DNA of 64,000 nucleotides from Nitrospirales bacterium (GTDB lineage Bacteria; Nitrospirota; Nitrospiria; Nitrospirales; UBA8639): NCBI GenBank assembly GCA_965203295.1, contig CBDBCZ010000016.1, positions 384,001 to 448,000 of the forward strand, read 5' to 3'. Shown piece by piece: positions 54,672 to 64,000 of this stretch (position 1 is its first letter; each line of letters starts with the position of its first letter). The notes under the pieces were generated by a model. It saw only the letters and a program-made list of their open reading frames with translations, ran no database searches and was not told where the DNA came from. The position numbers and the translations under genes were made by a program.

Positions 54672-55573
54672 CTGACACTCGATCAACAGTGCAGTTGGCA
54701 AATGCTACTACATAGTTGAACCTTACACCATTACATTGTGTGTAACTTTACTATCGTGACCTGATCCTAGTATATAACTTTGCAATTTACACTAATGTGT
54801 TGTTAGGCAGCACTCATTTTGTACAGTGCTTATTACTCTATCATTTTATACGCGAGTGCATATGGATTTAGTGTGTACAATCAGGTCGTGTAACATTACG
54901 CACCATATTCTTTCAAACCAGTTTGTATGACTTTTCTACTTAAAGGGCAACCATCCCACAGATTGAAGGAAATTGTTCTAAAGTATAACCTCTTGTGTGA
55001 CTTGACTTAGAGAATTTGTATGTTCTTTTGAGTAATGTGATTGGTCAGTTGCTGGACTCTAACGCACTGGATCTCTATATGTAGAGTCCATGTCCTCAAG
55101 GATTTAGGGTCAAACCTTGGGGCTGTAGATAAGTTTGCATGCTGTAAACTATTGATTTACAATAATTTACAGCATGCAAACTTATCTTGTTACCATCAAC
55201 CTTAATAGGGTGCATCAAGACTAAGTAGTGAGGGATGGATGATGTCTCAGTTACAACTATTGCAGTTAAGGTTGATGGTAACAGATGAGCATGACTGAAA
55301 ATAAAATGACCCTGGGATGCTTGCACAAGCAGATGCAGTTTTACAGACTTCCTGAGCTGCTGACTGAACTGGAACCGTGGTCGCGTGGTTGCGCTCGAAC
55401 GAGTCCAACGCCGAAAGAAAAAAAACGATCTAGTTCTGAGTTTTCTTGCGCACTTTCAGCGACACACCATTCGAGTAGCAAATCGCTCAGAAAGTCTTCG
55501 AGCTCCATGAAAGTTTTTGTCGTTGGTGTGTGATTTCCCATCCTTAGATACTGTTGCTATTCTCTAAATTACC

Positions 55574-55709
55574 TAGACGACGAGTGCGCAGGCTCTACGC
55601 GATTTAGAATGCCTCAAGCCCCTCAGCAGCGTCCTCGCTATGCTCGGACGCTACAGCCCCGGAGCCCTCGGCATTCTAAATCGCGTAGAGCCCTTGCACT
55701 CGTTGTCTA
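55574..55709. repeat. 136-bp hairpin with 40-bp arms, probable DNA-element terminus
   Basis: tagacgacgagtgc...tagaatgcc / ggcattcta...gcactcgttgtcta with inner stem agcgtcc/ggacgct. Confidence 0.75.
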
Positions 55710-58700
55710 ACTATTATTTAGAGTTAACTATATGTGTTGTGCAAATACAGATACAACTCTTATGTACTTACGTATAAGGTACATGAAACAGTGACTATCT
55801 ATCTCGTACCTAGTGGGAAACAAAGCTGGAATGGCGCTAAGTGCAGTGTGTACAAAATAGGAAGTGAAATTACCAGCTGGGTATGCGTCGGGATTGGTAT
55901 AATCATATGAGTGTAAATCCACAATCAATTCATAGACAAGTAGCACACTATGGAGCAAAATTGAACTTGATATAATAGGAAATAGCCACGACACAATCAT
56001 TATTATCTAGATGCTTGCTCATTCCTAGTTGTGTCCACACTAAGGCCTTTGTATTGCAGTGCATTATGTTCGCAATTAAGACAGCACTATTGCCCATACA
56101 ACTTTTGAGCTGGTTTGTATAACGAACCAATTTTCAACCAAGTTGGTACTTCTGTTTTATTTTAGAAAACCAAACCGCCTCTCTATACTTCTGTCGTTTA
56201 CGAGAAAATGTTTAGTGGGATAGCACCGGAGTGAATCACAATTACACTAACAGTCACATCAGTGGATCTATAATGGAGTATGGTAGTACTCCATATGTAG
56301 GGATGGCATGGGAAAAAAATGGCGGCCCCATATAACGCGCACAAAATCATACGTTCAGAACTCGGCTCTCATTATAGCTATAGGCTTTTATGAGATAGCT
56401 ATACCATGACATTTCGAGAGTTTTCATCAGCAACAAAACTGTTAGCGTTGCTAGAAAGCTTCGGTGAAGTACCATACCGGCAAGTTGACACACTCGAGGG
56501 GAGGTGCGTAATCGTATACTTCTTCTGATTCTTCTTCTTCTCCAACCAGCCTAGCACAATAATGGCTGAAGCAATCACATTGATTCAAGCGCGAACAAGC
56601 TGGATATTCCCTGGGGTATTGCACTCGTAGCATAGCTTTTTCAAAGACATCGAATGGGTTCAGCAGTGTTCACCAGTACTCTCGAGTGGACGCCGTTCCA
56701 CGCCATTTAATGACTACTGTTCAGTTCCTTTCCGGGTTTTAGTAACCGCCCCATTTATGTGATCATCTATTTAACTCCTACCTTTCCTCGTGCCAGCTAG
56801 CTGTTAGTCTGGTGCCAGCTGCATCTCCTGGTCCATCATTGTGTAAGTCGCACGAACGTTTAGCTAGAATGCACTTACTCACATGGCTGATTATATGTTG
56901 GTTTAGGATGAAGTAGTAGGATACCAAAGTGAAGGGGTGTCCAAACGGTGGAGTTGTCTGGACACGTAAGAAATTTACCACGTTCTCTAGGCCATTCTGT
57001 CTGCCTTTGTTACGTATTGTGAGCTACTGTTCACTTGCTATTAATACAGCAGAAAAGCCCTTGAAATGAGGTGTATCGCATTCGGACAACCCCTACAGTC
57101 CGGATGCCCCTCACTTACTCTACTGGAGGGGGCAGGCAGCTATTTGTCTTAGTGACACTAGAAACTGCAATACATATCTTTGTCCTTGGTGACAATTTAC
57201 AGTTCAATATCCTCCATATGTAGGGATGTCCATGAAAAAAATGGTTTGAATGCATGGTGGGAGTGAATGAGGTGTATCAGGATGTGGTAGCTAAATAGAT
57301 TGCAACAATTAGGAAAGTAGTGTAGTAAGCCTCCCTTGATCAAACTACATAACAAATTTGTCCAGGTATCTGACTATTTGTCTGCCACAACTTCGAAGAC
57401 ATTACCCAAGAAACAGTCAGAGACGTCATTTTGAGCACGTCCTGTAGAAGAGGTTATTTTAATAGCCTCCCAAAACAACGAATCTGTCTTCTACCAGTGG
57501 CTGTCACCGCCCGCTTACTGCTACTCGTGGTTGGCTTAGAAACAGAACCACTGTGTACATGAGACCTCAATACACCCCGCCCCATGACATCATTGGTATT
57601 AAATTTTATAGAGAATAGTTCTCCAGATGGAGTATGTTTTCATATCTTCTATCAGCACCATTGCTCTCTCACCACAGCTACTAGCACTGCCACCTCGCTC
57701 GCACTCCATGACAGATACTGAACGAAAATTCCAATCCTCAGTTCTGAATCTAGGTTCAAGCCAAGTCACTGGCAAAGCCATTGCTCATGCTCATTTGGCA
57801 GACAGGATGGGGCACTGGCCGAGGGAAGCTGCTGCATTCCGAGGCAAGCGGCTGGAGAAGGCTCTGTCAGAAAGGGTGTCTAGCTAGAGTCTCTGGCAAG
57901 GACAGAAGGCAACAGAGCTGAGCTTTGGCTTCTCCCACTTGTGTGAGCGCTAGAAGGCAGACAGCATATGCGAGCATGTGAGTTTCAGACTCTTTTCAGA
58001 CTCTTTACATGTACACATGTACACATGTAGCTAGCTAGCTAGGTCATAGCCACAGCTTCTGACAAAGACAGAAGGCTACAGCTTGCCTGTGATTGGCCCT
58101 GCTTAAAAGAGCACTACGGTGCATTTGAATGGTGCGAGCCGTGAGTTAGAGATGTAGCTGTGAACATGATGCACGATAACCTCTCCAGCAGGTGAGCGTC
58201 AATTAGAGATGTCTAGGCCTGGCCTAATGTGACTGCAGAATAATCAGTCCATGTAAGCAGGAAGCATATAGTAAGGATAAGTGGCAGTACAAACAATAGG
58301 CAAGTCTTGTACCACATTATAATAAGCACTCTCCCACAGACATCCATGTGTTCCTTGTGATTCAGCTTCTACAGAAGCTTCCAAAATTTAATACACAATC
58401 CTACACTGAAAGATGTTCTATCATGGAGTACGGTAGTACTCCATATGTAGGGATGGCACGGAAAAAATGGCGGCCCCATATAACGCGTACAAAACCATAC
58501 GTTCAGAACTCGGCTTTGATTATAGTCATAGGCTTTTATGAGCCGTATTATGACATCTCGAGTGTTTTTATCAGCAACAGGACTGTTGGCGTTGCTAGAA
58601 ACCTTCGCTGGAGTACCAGTCTGGCAAGTTGACACGCTGGGGGGGCGTGGCGTAATGGTACATCTTCTTTCTGGTTTCTTCTTTCTTCAGCCAGGCTAGC

Positions 58701-59849
58701 ACGATAATGGCTGAAGCGATCACAATGATTCAAGCGCGAACAAGCCGGATATTCCCCGGGGTATTGCACTCGTAGTATAGCTTATTCAAAAAAATCGAAT
58801 GGGTTCAGCAGTGATTTACGAGTACTCTTGAGTGGACGCTTGCAGGTTCCACGCCATTTAATGACTAGCTACTGTTCCGTTCCGTTCCGGGTTGTAGTTA
58901 CCGCCCCATTTAATTATGCGCAGACTTCACGTGTTCGTCTATTTAACGCCTACCTTTGCTCGTGCCAGCTGTCCGGGCCTGAGCTGCATCTTCTGGGCAT
59001 ATGTCACACAAAAGTTTTAGCTATAATACACTTACTCACAAGGCTAATTATATTATGTTGGTTGGCCCTAGTCCAAGCGGCTTCTGGCCAGAGGTACTGT
59101 TTAAGAGTTGTAAGTTGTCCGGACACGCAACAAATTTGCCTTGTTCTCTGGGCCTTTTGCCTTTGTTATGTATCATGAGCTACTTTTGTTCACTTGCTAT
59201 GAATACTAGCACAGGCAGAAAAGCCTTGGAAAGGAGGTTTATTGCATCCGGACAACCCCTACCGTCCGGAGGCCCCCTCGCTTACTCTATTGGAGGGGGC
59301 ATGCAGTCAGCTATTCGTCTTTGTGACACTAGGAAATGCAATACATGTCTTTGTCCTCGGAGATAATTCATATCATAGAGTACGGCACTATAGCTACTCC
59401 ATAATAAATGCTAGGGCAGCTTCCCATGCTAGCTGTAGTGCCGACCTTGACAAAAAAAGGGCAACCTCACATGCCAGTTACATAGCTGACCCTGACAGAG
59501 ACCTTTCCCCCCATGCACATGCAGACGAAGGCCTTCTTGGTGCTGACTGGGGTACAAATCGAAACCTATACTACATGCATCATCCTCAAGCACATTCCAT
59601 CCCAACACTATCCGTACACCATACACATTTACACCTACACATTTGTTACCACCTCCCAAAAAAAACACCCCAAAACAAGTTACAGAAAAAGCACTTTGCC
59701 AAAAAGTGCAAAAACAAGTTATGTAGGGATGCACTTCCACCAAAAAACACTTCCCAAAAAAACAAGTCTGACATTTCATGTCTAAAAAACCAGCCGGACA
59801 CCTTTCCCGTACAATACACACAACTCAGCTTAGGCCAAGCTATTAAACT

Positions 59850-60178
59850 ACAGCTGTAGAGCCAGAGCGAAAGTGCTGACTCAGCAGTTTCGTCATGCGC
59901 CTCCAGTTAGTAGCTATACGTCACCAAAACAGGATCTTTACGGCTACCTACCACGTTTTCGCCATCTAGGCAACACAAAACTACCTTCATTTGCTGTACC
60001 TTGGCCTGCAAATCTCCAAAAGCTGCTATATACTGCAGTTGCATAGTAACGTATGACGTAATATATTGCGCACGTGATAAGTGCGGACGCACAAACAAAC
60101 AGACAGACAAACAAACAAACAGACGCGGAAAACGTAAAGCAATCTTAGTACCAGCCGTTCGCGCGCTCCGGCTGGTAA
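59850..60178 (-). mobile_element. Probable HINE-like element
   Basis: (CAAA/CAGA)n tract followed by hairpin accagccg...cggctggt, the mirror image of the 46450 layout. It interrupts one arm of an inverted repeat. Confidence 0.5.
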
Positions 60179-61020
60179 CAATGAAACAAGCGACAGTGCA
60201 CACCACAATGCATGCACAGACTACCCACACATCACAGTGCAATGCATTTACCGCGTAGCTACCATCCCTACATCTTTCCAACCACACCCACCACAATCTG
60301 TACCACGCCCCCATACTCAACAGCACACCAAATATTTCCTTTAACACACACAACCATCCACAATCATCATCAACCATGACACCTTGTCTCCATCCAACAA
60401 CCACCCTTACTTTCGACTTTACAAAACATATCACCCTACACTATACAACCAACCCAAACCTTCACAGGAACACTCCCATCAAAATACACTTCGCTCCACC
60501 ATTCACAACCACAATTGAGCAGAGCAATTCCTCACAACACCACACTGCCACCTACACACACAACAAACACAACCCACATCAACCACGTACCATACAACTC
60601 GCTCAACGAAGTTTCTACACTTTACCAAACTCACCCACATAGACCTCCCCTACAAAGAACCTGCACACACAAGTATCTCACAACACACTCACAAACTTCA
60701 TAACACTCCACCAGGCATAACCAAACACTCCCCAAGTCCCTATACAAACACCATATTTATGACTCCACCCTCAATGACTCACTAGTTCACATTCTACAGT
60801 TTCAGCTACCTTCCACAACCACCACGTGCTCAGTCATTAGCAATACACACACACCAAATTACACTACCACTCTTCACATCTCACATATATGTATACATGG
60901 TTGTGGTGGGTGTGGTTGGAAAGATGTAGGGATGGTAGCTACGCGGTAAATGCATTGCACTGTGATGTGTGGGTAGTCTGTGCATGCATTGTGGTGTGCA
61001 CTGTCGCTTGTTTCATTGTT
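60177..61020. repeat. 120-bp perfect inverted repeat (60177-60296 / 60901-61020) around a G-poor spacer
   Basis: Arms match base for base by eye. The match extends as 61021-61073 vs 59693-59745. Confidence 0.9.
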
Positions 61021-61248
61021 TTCTGGTGGAAGTGCATCCCTACATAACTTGTTTTTGCACTTTTTGGCAAAGTTACATATAGGCCTGCCCTGGCTTATAT
61101 ACCAGTACCTGCTCAAAAAACTTGTGGGTTTTCTGCTCAAATTGTTGCAATTAGGACACATGAATACCATTACAGCTGTAGGTCGCCGTTCTCACCCAAC
61201 ATGGACCTATAGGGGAGATTGTTTATGCTATCATGGTATTGTATGGAT

Positions 61249-61995
61249 CTGTCACCGGAATTTTGGTTCTGGAAAAATTGTTAGAACCAAAATTTCCACT
61301 GAAAGAATTGGTCCCCCGGACCATTTCTTCCAGCGAAATTGGTCCTAATCCTGAAAATTTTGGTCCCCCATCAAGTTTCCAGCAGAGCTGGTCTTAACTT
61401 GAAAATTTGCCTCCCCCCCTTGATGCATGTAAGCTTACATGTATGGCATAGTTATTATCAGCCTTTAGTTAGCCATTAGGACGTTTAATACAAAGGTATG
61501 AGACAGGCATCGATATCCGACAAACTGATGTAGTAGCTACACCGGGACTTTATCTACTGACTGTAAAGTCGATTCTGTGGCCTGTCTCAGCTTGCATGCT
61601 GTATGGAATCATTGACAGCTTCCTCCTTTCGAAGCAGTTCCACGGGTGGTGATGCATTTTCTCTTGGTCGAAGTGGTACTGACCTGGGAGCTATATACAT
61701 ACAATGTACAGATCTAGTTACATGTACACGCTCACGCGCACGGTACAATGAGGCTATTGATCATGACGGTAGGCGTAGGCTATGAAAATAAACAAGCCAT
61801 CCACTTTAGCGTAGTAGTCCACTCTATGAAGTGCGTAAGACAATAGCAGGCGGAATTCGCTTCTGGCGCAGGTTGGACCATTATTTTCACGGGGTAGCAA
61901 AATTTTCAGAAAAAAAATGTTCCGCCCAGACTGATATTACGAAAATTTTGGTCCCCCGGACCAATTTTTCCGCTGGACCAAAATTTCCGTGACAG
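61249..61995. mobile_element. Non-autonomous DNA transposon, CTGTCAC termini, 2-bp TSD (AT)
   Basis: at|ctgtcaccggaattttgg...ccaaaatttccgtgacag|at; subterminal ggtcc/ggacc repeats. Confidence 0.8.
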
Positions 61996-64000
61996 ATTCT
62001 CTATGGAGTTAAAGCAGTTTTGGCCAAGCTCCAATATCAATGCACTTGTTAAGCGTAAAAAATCAAGTCAACCCATTCAACCCCTGGGTCGCTGCAGTGC
62101 TGCTGGCCTTAAACTATCTACATGTAGCAGTGTGCAAAAGCAGGGCTACGTATCAACTGGATTCGATCCACGGACAGTAAGATGCTTCCCTTCAAGGACT
62201 GTACCAGCCATCTCACAACAATCCACAGACTTTACAATGAGCTATGATTACCAGCTAGTCTAGCTCCTGTCGTTTCTGCCACTCCTCTGCATGACACCTC
62301 AGAATCACTCCAGCTTCCAGAGACTGCTGAACAGCAAGTCACTTTGGCGCATGATAATGCCTTGTTGAGGTTTAGTCAGTACACCAAGCCATACACGTTT
62401 ATGTGAGCCACGAGACTAGCCTACCACTATATACATGTACCTACTATATATTTCCACAAAGGAACAAGTTACTCTGAAAAGACCTGAAAAGAAAATAGTC
62501 GAGTCTTAATTCTAACAGTGGCTGTCACCACCCGCTTACTGCTACTCGTGGGGGGAGTGGAACAAATGCCTTCACAGACTATGCACACATTAGAGCGTAA
62601 TGCGTTACAGAGTTGCTTCAAATGACAGCGTACTACGCTTACGGAGACCATACAGTTGTGTGTAAAGTGCTTATTCTGTAGCTTATTTTGGGTGTTTTCC
62701 TAGGGAGGGGGGCATGAAAGGGTATGGAGTTTTCGATGTCATTATGTGTGGTGTACGTAGCTGCCTGCCCCCTCCAGTACCATATACAGGGTACTTACAG
62801 ACGGGTGACTGGGTGAGTCTCTTCCTTATGACACTGGTAAGAGTCTGGATACACAAGAATATGGTTAGCCGTTTGGACTTGTGCCTATCAAATACAATAT
62901 CAGCCACGTGCAATCTGTACATGCGTAATCCGAGTACTTGTGAATCATTGCTGAACAAGTTTGATTTCTTTGAGAACGCTATGCTACGAGTGCAATACAC
63001 CAGAGAATATCCAGCTTGTTCGCGCTTGAAACATTGTGATCGCTTCAGCCATTATTGTGCTAGGCTAGCTAAAGCAGAATTAGAAGATAGACAATTTGGC
63101 CATTTTAGAGACAATGCTCGAGAATGACTGGTAGGGCTCATAGTAGCCTACAGCAGAGTTTTAAAAGTGTCATTTTGTACACATTTAATAGAGACGCCAT
63201 TTTCTTCCCGAGGCCATCCCTACATATGGAGTAGTACTCAGAAGTGGTTGGAAGGATTAACGTGTACCACACACAGTGACGTGTACATTAATAAAATGCA
63301 CAATGTCACGTATAGCTACATGCATTCCATTACATGAGGAGACTGTGAAAGATATGCAGAGTTATACGGGTATCAGGCCTACAGAAGGTTTTGTAGCTCT
63401 ACAAACTTCGAGGGGACGGGTGGGGACACCCCCTCAAAAACCTTGGGTTGCAAGTACGCAGCTGTGTTGCAGAAAATTAGGCTTGAATCCAGATTTTCAG
63501 TGAGCTTGCATAATATTTTGTAAGCTACAGTAAGGGTAGCGGTTTTACCACTCAGATTCTACTATTTTTTGTTCTACTTTGAAAACTGCTAAACTAACAC
63601 AAGATCACTCGCAGAGCGGTTATTATTGCTCCTCTCTGCCGGAGACGTTTTCTTTACATCATCAGACAGCATAGCTAATTGCACTATAGTGCATGTGATT
63701 GCTCCTCTCCAGTGCTACTGTTAGGCTTGAGATAATTATGCTCCAAATCTTTGCAATTATTCTATTCTCCAATTCTTTGATTTTATTGCTATTATTCTCC
63801 CAGTTTTTTGCTACTATTCTCATATTATTCTCAATTTATACCTGTTACTATACTGTAATATAAGTGAGCATTCTAGGAAAGACAACTAGACATTGACATG
63901 TCAACACTAATACACCAGCCACTCGATCAGACGTGATTGATACTGTCATAGAGTGCTAGCTAGGCACTCAACCAAAGAAAAAACTCGATCTATTGAGTGC

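Overview
Eukaryotic, intron-rich and repeat-dense DNA. It is probably from an invertebrate animal, and a short-chain collagen C4-type gene plus NLR-type LRR exons suggest a demosponge (inference). 0-10 kb is an immune/effector-like block: the 3' LRR exons of an NLR-like gene, a frameshifted Crinkler-like gene (ubiquitin-like header, uncharacterised middle domain, kinase), a 61-bp palindromic satellite, and an intronless 511-aa toxin-like ORF (putative papain-fold Cys/His domain, glycine zipper, degenerate J-domain). 12-36 kb is a rearranged block of lysosome/membrane genes. The two halves of GLMP/NCU-G1 lie in permuted order, with two TMEM150/DRAM-family genes and a cathepsin D fragment. This block contains a ~15-kb inverted-repeat DNA transposon whose spliced gene joins B-box, RecQ helicase, RQC, GCM-like Zn domain and Mutator-type DDE transposase, with Ulp1 protease and PHD finger further 3'. 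A second, diverged member of the same family, a DIRS retrotransposon and a MITE are nested inside it. 36-64 kb is mostly duplicated degenerate repeats, MITEs, a Helentron-like element, a minisatellite, a SINE, spectrin-repeat exon fragments and the collagen gene. All calls come from manual motif and splice-site reading; no database searches were run.
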